Shown: positions 12,845 through 25,815, counted from the first letter of the stretch. The stretch is 59,879 nt of DNA from Octopus bimaculoides (GCF_001194135.2 NC_069001.1:18824621-18884499); one strand, 5' to 3'. Program-made: numbers and translations. Notes: generated by a model not told the origin, from the letters alone.

Positions 12845-13040
12845 CTGCACCACCACCACCACCACCATTGTTATCATCATTAATGTGATTACCACCACCA
12901 TCATCACTGTCATCACCATTAATATCATCATCATATCTATAATAACCACCATCATCATTTCAGCATTGATCTCATTATCACCACCATCATTACAATCATC
13001 ACCACCCACTACTACCACCATCACCTCCACCATCATTACT
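12845..13040. repeat. (CAC/CAT)n trinucleotide repeat
   Basis: Directly visible; explains the Thr/Ile and Val/Met ORFs. Confidence 0.9.
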
Positions 13041-13588
13041 CTGGTATGGAAGTACATCCTTTATATATTTTCCCCCACACCTTCACCTTTATTATTTCAC
13101 CAGCCAATCACTTTATTATTGGTACAGTTAGTAGAGAGCATGACTTCCTATGTTTCAAGGTTTCAAATTCAGGCAGGGTTTATATTTCATTTCAAAACAT
13201 TTGACAAAATGCCTTGTGGTATTTAGTTACATTTTCGTTTTTACTGTCTTGGTTCAAATCTTACCAACATCAACTTTACTCTTTCAGCCTTTCTTGATAC
13301 AATAAAGTATCAGTCCTACAAGGGGTAGATATAATCAACCACCCCATTTCTCTGTTACTGAACATCTTCGCCAAGTCCATCATAACCAAGTGAGCCAACA
13401 TATATAAGTGACTGTTTGTAGACCCAAGATTACATCTGAGAAATTTTGTGTCCTAAGGTTTAACCTGTTTTTAATATGTAACCTTCCTTCCCTCCATTTA
13501 TTAAGTTTATATCCCTACATATTTTGCAATTCTTTTGTTTGTAGAGACTGTTGTTGCCAATAAAGGATTACTGTTATGGTTGTTATTA

Positions 13589-14438
13589 AGGCAGTGTGCT
13601 GACAGAACCATTAGCATGTCAAAATGCTAAACAGCATTTCATCTGTCTTTACATTCTGAGTTCATATGCCACTGAGGTTGACTAGGTCTTTCATCCTTTC
13701 AGGATCACTAAAACAAATACCAGTTAAACACAGGGGTTGGTGTAATTGACTTATCCCCCTCTCCTGAACTTACTGGCCTTGTGCCAAAATTCAAAACCAA
13801 TATATTATGGCTGTTATTATTAGGGGTGGTGTTACACAGCAATCTAGCAGAATCGTTAGTATGCCAGGCAAAATGCTTAGTAGCATTTCATCTGTTGTTA
13901 TGTTCTGAGTTCAAATTCTGTTGAGGTTGACTTTGCCTTTCATCCTTTCAGAACCAGTAAAATGTGTTCTCGTCAAGGACTGGGGTCAATGTAATCAACT
14001 AGCCCCTTCCCCTCAGAATTGCTGGCCTTGTGCCAAAATTTGAAATCCTTATTAGGGGTGGTGGAATTATTCAAGTATATAGGAGAAATGCTTCATGTCA
14101 TTTCTTCTGGCCGCTTATGTTCTGAGTTCAAAACCTGCCAAGGTAATCTTCATCTTTATTGCTTTGGAATTGATAAAATAATGTACTTGCTAAGTATTGG
14201 GGTTGATGGTACCAACTAAACGACCTTGTGCCTGAATCAGAAATAGTTGTTGCAGTGGATTGACAAAATCGTTTCAGCATTAGGGAAAAGTCTTGTATTT
14301 TTTGTGGTTCTTCATGTTTTGAGTTCAAGTTCTGCTGGGGTCAACTTTGCTTCTGATCCTTTCAGTGTCAATGAAATAGCAGTAAAGTACTGAGGTTGAT
14401 GTAGTCAACTAATATTGCTGGCCTTGTGCCTAAATTAG
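13589..14438 (+). mobile_element. Four head-to-tail copies of a second SINE family
   Basis: Repeated ttctgagttcaa..gttgactttgcctttcatcctttc..ggggt..atgtaat..ggccttgtgcc at a period of roughly 200-250 bp. Confidence 0.8.
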
Positions 14439-15770
14439 GAAGGAAAAAATCAACATAGAATGTGCATTGGATTAAGCCCCTTTAATAAAGCAAACATTTT
14501 GTGATGTCAGACTTAACTGCTTGAAATTATAGTTTCTTATTTTCCCTCCTCCTCAGTGACTGTTGTAGTTCACTGAGAGATGGAAATAGTTAGAACAAGT
14601 TTTATTAAGAGGTCTATTGAATCAGGACTGACCTAGGGCTAAACAACAGCAACACCATCCAAGTCAACCATTTCAATGGCCAGAATCTTCCATCTCTCAT
14701 TGCTGCAGTATCTTCATTCTAGTTTATGTCTGTGTCTTTTATAATGGACTGGAGGCTAGAGGCCAACATTACTACTACTACTACCACCACTACATTACCT
14801 CTCTCACTCACACACATATATGTATCATCATGACCATCAGTTTCAATAATCATATCGACATAATATCTGGAATTTAGAGGGAAGGGGATGAATCAATTAT
14901 ATTGATGCCACTGGTACTTTATTTTATTGACCCTGGAAGGATGAAAGGAAAGTTGATTTCAACAGGATTTGAACATAAGGAGTTGTAACTTAAAAACACA
15001 AAGTATTTTGTCTCCTGCTTTAATGATACTACCAACACTCATATCATAATCATCATCTGTAGTTTGATCACAGAACATCAAAATCCTTTGTCTATTTCCA
15101 GTCTGACCAACTACTCCATTCCTCCACTCTTCAGGAGTCCTCTATCATTAAAGGATCTCATTGTTCTTACAGGCTATACCTTATATGTACCTTGTAAGGG
15201 ATCATTTTGCGCCTTAACTAAATCAGTGGAAAATGTCAACAAATTCCCTAAATCCACCACTGAAATTCTGACTACCCCCAACCCTACAAAAATAATGTTT
15301 CCTACATTGGTACAAAGGATGAGGAGTAGGAGAAGGAAGAGTTAAGTAAATCAACATTTATTACTGATATTTATATTTTGAATTGACTCTGAAGGGAGCA
15401 AATGATATATTTAACCTCAGCAGGATTAGAACCCAGATTGTCAGAGGTACAGAACTAAACACTGTAACCCATGCACCGTTAACTATTTTATATCTCTGCT
15501 CCTCCTGGTTTGTTTCTGTCAGCATTAAAAAATTGTGTTCAGTGAGCTTTTCACTTAATTCTTTCCCAGATTCAATTAGTACTGTTAAACGAGGTACAAC
15601 AGTATTAGTTAATAATTAATTCTATTTATTCAACTCCACAAGCTGCAGACGAGAGACCAAGAATGGCGTCTGAAGTGTGATAAGTTTCTGTTATTATTTT
15701 ACTGTAACACCTATAAATTATGCAGCTAAGGTGAATAATTGCCAAAATCCTTGTTAAATATGAATATATA

Positions 15771-15772
<2 letters not shown>

Positions 15773-15853
<81 letters not shown>
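15773..15853. repeat. (CT)n plus (CA)n microsatellite
   Basis: Directly visible. Confidence 0.95.
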
Positions 15854-15854
<1 letters not shown>

Positions 15855-16688
15855 AAGTCATGTGCTTACATTGATATATATATGAAACCATAAAGTCAGG
15901 AGGTATGAGAGGTGAATATATATTTATTTAACCATGTGACTTCCATAGGGTTATGGTCGTTTTATAATATTCTTCATGTAGTATTAGTTTCAGATGGATG
16001 AAATTATGTGTACATGTTTGCATCAATATTATTGTTCAGCATTATAGAATGCAATTATATATTCACAAATTAATGCAAATAAAGCTAACAACTTCATTAG
16101 AGTATTGGAACATCATGGTTACATCAACAAGCAATTCTACTCTAAACATGCACACAAAATTTCCTCTTTATATATACAATATATGAAAGGCCAAAACTGG
16201 ACAAAATTAGATTGATTTCCTCAGTAAGGAGAGAAAATAAACAAACTAAAAAATAAATGGTATTAAAAAGCACATGCACACATGCTCACACACCAAGCTG
16301 ATACTCACATATGCAACAGACATGCACATCCATGCATTTGTATAGCAGGTTTACACACATACACGTCTTCACCAGCAAGTTGGAGAGCTGCACCTGGCTT
16401 CAGTTGTCTGTTTTGGCATGGTTTCTACAGCTGGATGCCCTTCTTAATACCAGCCAACTTCCAGATTGTATTGGATGGTTATGTGACACCATCACAGGTG
16501 CTTTTTACATGTCATCAGCATGATTCCTTTTTACATGGAGTTTGATAGCCAGACAGGGATAGCTGTCTTACTACAGAGGAGATACTTGGCTACACCAGTA
16601 GGACTAGGAAGGAGGAGGAGGTGGGAGTTGAGAGAAAGATAGACAAGTCAGTGTGTGAGGGAAGGCTTGCCCCCAGGGGAACAGTGGC

Positions 16689-16701
16689 NNNNNNNNNNNN
16701 N
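16689..16701. other. Assembly gap
   Basis: Short N run next to poly-G. Confidence 1.
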
Positions 16702-16997
16702 GGGGGGGGGGGGGGAGTGTATAAATGGTACAGAGCGAATGTTTTATAAGAGTGTGAAGGGAGATAGAGATAGAAAGTGATAGTGAGAGGAATTGGAATG
16801 GCTGGGAGGTGGGTATGGTAGTTTTGTAAAGGCATAGAGAGTGTGCAGATTGGCACATGAAAGAGAGTGGAAGAGGGGTGGTGGGGAGATGGGTTGTGGG
16901 AGGATAGGAAAGGACAGAATTATGTGTGTGTATGTGAGGGGAAGGGAAGCATGGCCGGTAAACAACATACATGTCTGCATGTATGGATGGCCATGAT

Positions 16998-17850
16998 TTT
17001 ACTTACCTTGACATGTCTTGTTAAGCACAGCAAATCGCCAGCAGTCTCAAGCCTACATTGTTTCCCCAGTGCAGATCATTTCGTACCTCCTGAGTCTACC
17101 ACTTCTTTATACACCTGTCCTCATCCATATGACCAGTTTTCTCTCTTGCACACTACATCTGATGCCTGTTATACCCAACTTTTCTCTCAAATCACTTACA
17201 CTTACATTATCCATCCAGCAGAACATGCTGGCTTCATTTCTTTCAAGCCATTGCATGTCCTCTAAAGTCAAAGCCTGTGTTTCACTACCATGTAGCATAG
17301 CTGTTCATACACAGGCATCATGCAATCCACCTTTTACTCTGAGGAAGAGGCCCTTTGTTACCAACAATGGTAACAGCTCTCTGAATTTTTCCCAGCCCAT
17401 TCTTATTCTAACAACTACACTTTCAGAGCTTCCTCCTCCACTCCTAATTTGATCACCTAGGTAACAAGCTATATGCTACTTCATAGGATCCCCATGGACA
17501 TTCGAGGGAGTCTATTTTCTGTACATTTCTAGTATTTATAGTACCTGTACATCTGCCACACACAAAGGTTACTTTCCTTGTTAACCTTCCCCTGATATTG
17601 CTGCACCACTTATGTGTTCATAGCTTGCACTAGGTACACTGGATGGAGTTTCTACCTACACTTTTTCTACATATTGAGCTGAGCCATTTCCCTGAAGAGA
17701 CCTGTGATTTGTCTGTGTTTCTACTTACTAAGACTTTGGCCTTTGCTAATTTAACTCTAAGGCCCTTTAATTCCAAACCCTGCTTACTCACTTGAAATTT
17801 CTTCTCTAGTTCTGGTAGTGATTTAGCAATAAGAACAAGGTCAACTGTTT
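16998..17850 (-). mobile_element. 5'-truncated RTE-clade LINE (RT C-terminal half)
   Basis: Minus translation: DLVLIAKSLPELE, CRKSVGRNSIQC..H..C, CYLGDQI, AMLHGSET, RNEASMFCWM. Many stops. Confidence 0.9.
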
Positions 17851-17954
17851 TAACATAGTAATATATGTACCTTCTCCCCAGTGTATTGAGTGTTGCCTCT
17901 TTCTTTCATTTGCCCACTCACTTGTGTATGTATATACACACACACACATGCACA

Positions 17955-19228
17955 TGAGAGTTGGCTGAAAAGTTCATAGGCTGACCAAGATACTTTCATC
18001 GAATGTGACCAAATGAGGTTTATTTTTCAACACAGCCCCACCTTGCAATCCACACACACTTCTTCCATCTGTGATGCAGTGCTTGAATCCCATTGGTGAA
18101 GAAACTTTCATCCTATTGGTCAAAAAAGTTATCAACAGCAGATACGACATCATCATGACTGCAATACTGGTTCCCAGCCAATTTTTTTTTCTTGTTAGGA
18201 AAACAGATGATAATCAGATGGGGCCATATCAGGAGAATGAGGAGGATGATCAAACAGTTCAAAGCCAGTCATGCACAACAGCTATTGAAAACAAGGACTT
18301 GTGTGCTGGAGCATTGTTCTGATGAAACAAGATCTCTTTCATCAGTTTTCCTAGGCATTTGGTCCTTTATATCTGCCTCAGCATGTTGGCATAGTACTCT
18401 CCATTGATGGTGTGACCCTTTTGAAGATAGTCAATAAACACAATGCCTTTTGCATCCCAAAAAACTGAGATGATCACCTTTCCTGCAGATGAAACAACCT
18501 TGGCCTTCTTTGGAGCAGGTAAGGAAGGGTGTTTTCACTGCATGGATTGTCCTTTTGTCCCTGGCTCAAAGTAATTAAGCCAACACTTAGCTTGGTTTTG
18601 GAAATGTTTGAGGAAACCAGCTGGTTCTGCTTCAGATTGTCAGATTTTCCCATGATGTGATCAGCCTGAATGTACTTTTGATCATGTGTCAGATGTGGCA
18701 CCCACCGAGCAGAAACCATCATGATGCAAAGTTTATTGTGCAGAATATTCTGAACTCTCTCACAGGATATGCAAATATTAGTGGCTATTTGATTTATAGT
18801 CAGTTGCTTGTCATCCGTCACCATGTGGTGAACATGAGCAATGTTTTCATCAGTGGTGGCAGTTGCAGAACATCCAGACCTTTGGTGATCTCCAAGACTC
18901 TCCCTTTCCCTCTTAAATTCAGCTACCCACTTTTGCACTTGATAAAGCTGGAGCCTCATCTAATGTAGCAACCATATCAGCATGAATGCCATTGGGGGCT
19001 AAACCCTTTTTCTGCATGTACTTGATAACTCCACAAGGCCAAATTTGGTCCATTTTCAAGAGAGGTCACTACTAGTTACCTTTGAAGTTTTCTTTGAACA
19101 GTCAGATTTTAGTTTGAAAGAAACAATGCAGTTATTAACAAGAAAAGTTGAAATTAATGCACACAAGATTTCACAGGTCTAGCATCACTCCTTCATAGTT
19201 AGCCTATGAACTTTTCAGCTCACCCTCG
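17955..19228 (-). mobile_element. Full-length decayed mariner (DD34D-type)
   Basis: About 30-bp TIRs (gctgaaaagttcataggct), length 1.27 kb. Motifs: KWVAEFKRERES, SARWVPHLT, VFWDAKG, HQNNAPAH. Confidence 0.92.
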
Positions 19229-19676
19229 TGTGTGTGTGTGCGTTTCTATCAATCAACATGCATATACTCACACATGCATCTAGTAAGTATAAAAGATAGA
19301 AAAGATATGTATCTACAATAGGCCACACTTTCATATATTTGTATTTATCATGTAGATCCAAGTGAGGCACACTAGGTTTCAAATATACTTATTTATGATT
19401 TAGAGAATAGATCTAGTTTGGCAGTGAACAGACAAAATACAACCAACATATGTATATAGATTAACTTCCCACACCAAATCAAGAGTCTTGTGTACCCACT
19501 ATCAGTTACAAAATATAAGATATTCTTTTGGATCATCCTATAAATGATGCAGTTTTCTCAATTGCATGAACTAAAAGTCAGGGTGGGGAACAGGATAAAC
19601 TACCTGCATCAACTTGCTATAAAAGCAAGTTTTGAAGAGTGCAGTTCAATTTTAACAGTTATTTTTTTCAATGCTA

Positions 19677-19860
19677 TAATGAAAGTGGCAAAGGAGCATA
19701 TTTGGCACATTTTGCTTTATGAGTTCAATAAAGGGAACAATGCAATGGAAAGTGCGAGGAATATTAATGCAGTATATGGAGATTGGACAATAAGCATAAA
19801 CCAGTGTCAACTGTGGTTCCAGAAATTCTGAGCCAGAAGCTATAGCTTGGAAGGTGAGCT
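19677..19860 (+). mobile_element. Mariner transposase N-terminal HTH fragment
   Basis: MKVAKEHIWHILLYEFNKGNNAMESARNINAVYG..QCQLWFQKF, Mos1-like HTH. Confidence 0.8.
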
Positions 19861-22100
19861 TCGTCATTTACCTTTTCCACCTTCATAACAAGCCAACTAA
19901 CCCCTATATTTTTCGGAAATCCCCTCCCACTGAACTGATAAATGTACATTGTTTTGGTAAGCTCATTTTTCGACTAAAGTAGTTGCAGACTCGTTAAATA
20001 TGTATGTTGCTGTGGTTTTGAAATTATTTTAAAAATGTATTTTAAATGTGCTTGATTGTAAGATTCATGTAGTCATCTGAAGAAAATCGTTTTTTATAAT
20101 GATATAATGTACTCATTTATCAATTTAAAGATTCATTAGAAATAGCCATAATGGATTGACACCTGTCTTTCAAGTGTTACTTATCTATTTTTAGTTCACC
20201 TATCTCAGAACATGCCCCTCACGTGTTCTGAAGTATATTATAGACTATATATTTAATAATAAGTACATGTCTGAATAACTCAAGAACGGATTCTATACTC
20301 ATTTTGGTAAAATTAACTACATACATTACCCGAATATCGTTCTGCTAGTACTTCTGTACCAAGTTTGGTATTGATCTAAAAATTGTTGTGAGCATTTTAT
20401 TGTGACTCAGTTTCAAGTACCTTACTCAACTGAATCTCGTTTGTTTGTATGTATGGATGGATGCATGCATATATGTGTGTGCAAATGTATTTAGATAGTT
20501 TGACCTTAAAATTACAATAAATACTAACCTAAAAAAGTGAATTTTTTTCAACTATAATTTCAAATTTAAGCTTGGGTCAACAATACTCACATGATAAAGC
20601 AAATGAGAAACCCATTGACATCAGCAAAGGTTTTACTTCACCCTTTACATAATCAAACATAGAGTAGATAATATAAGTATGCATATTTGTAGCTTATCTT
20701 CAGGCAAAGACATATTTGACTGAGTTGCCTCTCATTATGATAATGAGATGCGGTGATAACAATAAAATTAAATGCAGAGAACCTATCTCTTCAGACTCAA
20801 CAAACTAAGAAACAAGAAAGTAACATGGTTCAGTGAACTATGTAGCTTAAAAGGTGCTACCTAACTCTTGTAAGACTACATTTTCCTTTCACACATTGCA
20901 AAAGTTTTGATAGCAATATGGTTATTGGTTGGTTATGGGAGTCTATGTAACATGGTGACCCAAATTCACCATCACAACAAAGTATTAAGGCATATCACAC
21001 CAATCTCTGTACAAAAACAACTGTAGAGACTTGGCTAGGAAGCCCGTCAATATCAAATGCCTATTGAAGGATCTTGTATACAGAGCTGATGTGCAAGCTA
21101 ACAGTGGTATGAACAAAACATACGAGACTGATGAAGTTATTTAAGGCATTATTCCAGCACAGGGACATGCAGAACTCCACTATCAAAATACATCTGGCAG
21201 TTAAAGGACAAAGAGGTAAAATCTCATTGTAAAGTAGAGTGTAACCACAAAGATAGTGACATATTAGGGATGTAGCATTAAATTCCTCTTGTATGTAAAA
21301 TGAATATGTAAAATGTGTGTGTGTGTATTTATGTTTCACAACCTAGTGTCTACCAAATAGAGCATGAAAAGGTTAAGTACTAAACTTAAAAGTAAGTCCT
21401 TCTCTTAGCCCACATATAACTGGCTGCATTGGATCACCTTCACCCTCTACCTCACTACACTCTAACTTTACCTGACTGTACCCCCAATCAAAACTCTCTC
21501 TTCTGGGTCACCTCTGTTGCCACCCAACACTTAATTTTGCCTTTATCTCGTTATCCACTTCTTATCTTTCTTCATCTCTACTGTTAATCAGTTCTCTACT
21601 GATTCACTCAAATATCCCTGACTTTTCCCACCTCTTCCATCCCGGCCCTTCTGATATCTTGCTCCCACTTTCTCCCTTTCCTATCCCCCAGCCAAGATCA
21701 TCTGACCAAAGGTATTTCTTTTAGGCTATTGACCACACTCTACAAATTCACTTCCTCCCTTTTCAACTACCCAGTTCTGGACTTTCTGCTATTATTGCTA
21801 CTTCTCCTATTCCCCACCAAGTACTCTAGTGTTGGTGCCTTCAGGAAATGCACCCAGTACACTCAGTGGTTGGTTTTAGTGGTGTTGATCCTAAAGCTAA
21901 ATTCTCAAAGTATTCCATAAGAAACAAACTAGATAACACACATGAGCTCTAATCAATCTTTAGGAGCAGAGGCAATGACTTGCATTATAGTGACTTATCC
22001 AATCCATGGAAAATGGATGGATAGATGATGATGATGAGAAATATATATTTTTATTCTCAGCTGGTCGAGTGCTTTTCTACTTGTTGAAGTAGAACCACAT

Positions 22101-22135
<35 letters not shown>

Positions 22136-22201
22136 GGTATTTACATTATTTACAATTGACAGATGTGTATGTGTGTGTGTGTGTGTATTATGTAGTAATA
22201 T

Positions 22202-23075
22202 ATAACAAACAAGATGAGGACAAATTATTTGTCCTCATCTTGTTTGTTATTAATACAACCCTCCAGCCTTCTTGGGGAAATTTCGAACCTGGGTTCTCGT
22301 TCCTAAGGTATTTTTCAATGTTTACTATTACTATTATTATTATTATTCAGGTCACTGCCTGGAATTGAACTTGGAATCTTGGGGTTAGTAGCCCATGCTC
22401 TTAACCACTACACCATATGGCTGTGGGCCATTATGGAGTGAATTTTAGGGCTTATAAATTTAATATTTTCCTATCCTTCCTTAATACCGGTTCTCACATA
22501 CTATTCATATCTGCACTCGGTCTGCTTAGGAAGTTGTTGTGTCCTGGCATATGTGCTGCTTCTTTTAGTTTTCATATTTTCCAGTGGTGTTCTCTGTCTA
22601 TTATTTTAACTTCATCCCACAGAAAGGGGTGGTTTCCATTTTTCCGTACATGATCAGTTATACCCGATTTATCAATATCACCCCATGTCAGCTTTGCGAT
22701 GTTCCTCTACCCTTATTTTGAGAGGGTGGCATGTTTCGCCTACCACAGCTGCATGGGATGGAGTACACGCAGTTCTTAGTTATATTCTCTTCTACTGGTG
22801 GTTTTACTCGAAGGAGATATTTGCGAAGTGTTGTATTACTTTTGAATACTGTCCTGATGTCATATGGGCCGCATATCTTATGTATCTTTTCTGAGAGGCT
22901 TTTCACATAGGGTAGACAGACTGTGGACAGTTTGTCGGTTTCATCCTCTCTTTTCTTCATAATTTGAGTAGAGAGTATGCTTTTGGGGTAGTTATTGCTT
23001 AATAGATTGTTACTGAGCTTGATCATTTCTTTGTGGTGCATATCACAAGGCATTGCTCCTTGCTCTTTTGGCCTT
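22202..23075 (-). mobile_element. 5'-truncated Penelope-like element (GIY-YIG end plus terminal module)
   Basis: NNYPKS, LPYVKSLSEKI, TVFKSNTTLR, KNCVYSIPCSCG..GETCHPL, SGITDHV. The ORF runs directly into the tRNA-like/(TAA)n module and ends in a palindrome. Confidence 0.88.
22347..22418 (-). other. tRNA-like Pol III promoter head (not a functional tRNA)
   Basis: A-box TGGTGTAGTGG, anticodon-like arm, B-box GTTCAATTCC; no proper acceptor stem. Confidence 0.7.
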
Positions 23076-23260
23076 AGATATACAAAGATTTGATAAACTA
23101 GTCTATAAATTAAAACTGACCCCATAAAACAGTGACAAGCAAAATCTGTAACAAGTCTTTCTTCCTGATACCTTAGTAGCTTCTAAGCGGAAGTGAAAGC
23201 AGCATGTTCTTTGTCTATCTCCTTACCTTCTTGGAGATTTTAGGTAAAATTACACTAATA

Positions 23261-23843
23261 NNNNNNNNNNNNNNNNNNNNNNNNNNNNNNNNNNNNNNNN
23301 NNNNNNNNNNNNNNNNNNNNNNNNNNNNNNNNNNNNNNNNNNNNNNNNNNNNNNNNNNNNNNNNNNNNNNNNNNNNNNNNNNNNNNNNNNNNNNNNNNNN
23401 NNNNNNNNNNNNNNNNNNNNNNNNNNNNNNNNNNNNNNNNNNNNNNNNNNNNNNNNNNNNNNNNNNNNNNNNNNNNNNNNNNNNNNNNNNNNNNNNNNNN
23501 NNNNNNNNNNNNNNNNNNNNNNNNNNNNNNNNNNNNNNNNNNNNNNNNNNNNNNNNNNNNNNNNNNNNNNNNNNNNNNNNNNNNNNNNNNNNNNNNNNNN
23601 NNNNNNNNNNNNNNNNNNNNNNNNNNNNNNNNNNNNNNNNNNNNNNNNNNNNNNNNNNNNNNNNNNNNNNNNNNNNNNNNNNNNNNNNNNNNNNNNNNNN
23701 NNNNNNNNNNNNNNNNNNNNNNNNNNNNNNNNNNNNNNNNNNNNNNNNNNNNNNNNNNNNNNNNNNNNNNNNNNNNNNNNNNNNNNNNNNNNNNNNNNNN
23801 NNNNNNNNNNNNNNNNNNNNNNNNNNNNNNNNNNNNNNNNNNN
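23261..23843. other. Assembly gap
   Basis: N run. Confidence 1.
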
Positions 23844-25815
23844 GCTTTTACGTGCCAGTCAGGCGGTACTGGCGACGGCCACGCTCAAAATGGTGTATTT
23901 TATGTGCCACCTGCACAGGAGCCAGTCCATTGGCACTGGCAACGATCTCACTCGAATATCTTGCTGGCAACAGCCACACTCGAAATGGTGTATTTTACGT
24001 GTCACCTGCACAGGAGCCAGTCCATCGGCACTGGCAACGATCTCGCTCGATTGTCTTTTCACGTGTCACTGGCACAAGTGCCAGGGAGGCGACGCTGGTA
24101 GCAATCAATGGCCACGCTCGAAATGGTGTATTTTACGTGTCACCTGCACAGGAGCCAGTCCATCGGCACTGGCAACGATCTCGCTCGAATGTCTTTTCAC
24201 ATGCCACTGACACAAGGAAGCCGACGTTAGTAACGATTACGCTAGTGCTATTTATGTGCCACTGGCATGGAAGCCAGACAGCTGCTCTGGCAACGATCGC
24301 GCTCGGACGGTGCTCTTAGTGCTCCACTGGTACAGGTGCCATCACGATTTCGCTTTCGCTTGCCCCAACAGTTTAGTGTTTCTACAAATTTAGTTCGATT
24401 TCGATTTCACTTTCCTCACCATGTTTTCGCAAGCGGAGTTTAGTGTCCAATGAAGGAATGTTACGCGTAAGTGGGCTGGCTACATCCCTGGCAGAGGCCT
24501 TGGATTTTGGACTCACTTGGCTTGCCTGGTCTTCTCATGCACAGCATATTTCCAAAGGTGACGGTCACAAGTCATTGCCTCGGTGAGGCCTAATATTCGG
24601 AGGCCGTGCTTCACCACCTCATCCCAGGTCTTCTTAGGCCTGCTTCTTCCACGGGTTCCCTCAACCGCTAGAGTGTGACACTTTTTTACGCAGCTATCCT
24701 CATCCATTCTCTTGCCACATGTCCATAGCAGCGCAATCGTCTCTCTCTCTTGCACACCACAACTGATGCTTCTTATGTTCAACTTTTCTCTGAAGATACT
24801 TACATTCTGTCGAGTATGCACACTAACATTACTCATCTATTGGAGCATACTAGCTTCATTCCTTGCGAGCTTACGTATGTCCTCAGCAGTCACAGCTCAT
24901 GTTTCACTGCCATGTAGCATGGCCATTCGTACATATGCGTCATACAGTCTGCCTTTTACTCTGAGTGAGAGGCCCTTTGTCGCCAGCAGAGGTAAGAGCT
25001 CTCTGAACTTTGCCCAGGCTATTCTTATTCTAGCAGCTACACTTTCAGTGCACCCACCCCCATACTAACTTGGTCACCCAGATAGCGGAAGCTATCAACT
25101 ACGTCTAGTTTTTCTCCTTGGAATGAGACAGAAGTTGTTTTCTGCATATTTACAGTGTTTATTGCACCTGAACATCTGCCACATACAAAAACTAACTTCC
25201 TAGTTAACNNNNNNNNNNNNNNNNNNNNNNNNNNNNNNNNNNNNNNNNNNNNNNNNNNNNNNNNNNNNNNNNNNNNNNNNNNNNNNNNNNNNNNNNNNNN
25301 NNNNNNNNNNNNNNNNNNNNNNNNNNNNNNNNNNNNNNNNNNNNNNNNNNNNNNNNNNNNNNNNNNNNNNNNNNNNNNNNNNNNNNNNNNNNNNNNNNNN
25401 NNNNNNNNNNNNNNNNNNNNNNNNNNNNNNNNNNNNNNNNNNNNNNNNNNNNNNNNNNNNNNNNNNNNNNNNNNNNNNNNNNNNNNNNNNNNNNNNNNNN
25501 NNNNNNNNNNNNNNNNNNNNNNNNNNNNNNNNCAGCATAGAGGAGCTCCCAAGGGCATCCTGTCTGGAATTCCTCTGTTATCGCCTGGAGGACTATGATA
25601 AATAGGAGGGGGCTGTGGACAGAACCTTGGTGGACCCCTACCTCTACCCAGAATTCATCACTGTACTCATTGCCAACCCTCACCTTACTGACAGCATCTC
25701 TGTACATGGCTTGTACAGCTCTCACTAACCATTCTTCTATCCCAAGTTTCCTCATTGACCACCAGATAAGGGATCGGGGGACCCTGTCAAAGGCTTTCTC
25801 CATGTCAACGAAAGC
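23844..25815 (-). mobile_element. RTE-clade LINE: RT region plus long repeat-containing 3' UTR
   Basis: AFVDMEKAFDRVPR, VGVHQGSVHSPLLF, WELLYA, VDSFRYLGDQV, GRSRPKKTWDEVVK; stop at 24513. 3' UTR with hairpin repeats 24370-23844. Contains a gap at 25209-25532. Confidence 0.93.
25209..25532. other. Assembly gap
   Basis: N run inside the RTE. Confidence 1.

Noticed and set aside
15990-16215. Two long nearly open frames after a tttcag acceptor
   Set aside because: No recognisable domain, no good donor, and a stop in the more protein-like frame.
22347-22418. Functional tRNA gene
   Set aside because: No acceptor stem, degenerate boxes, embedded in a repeat.
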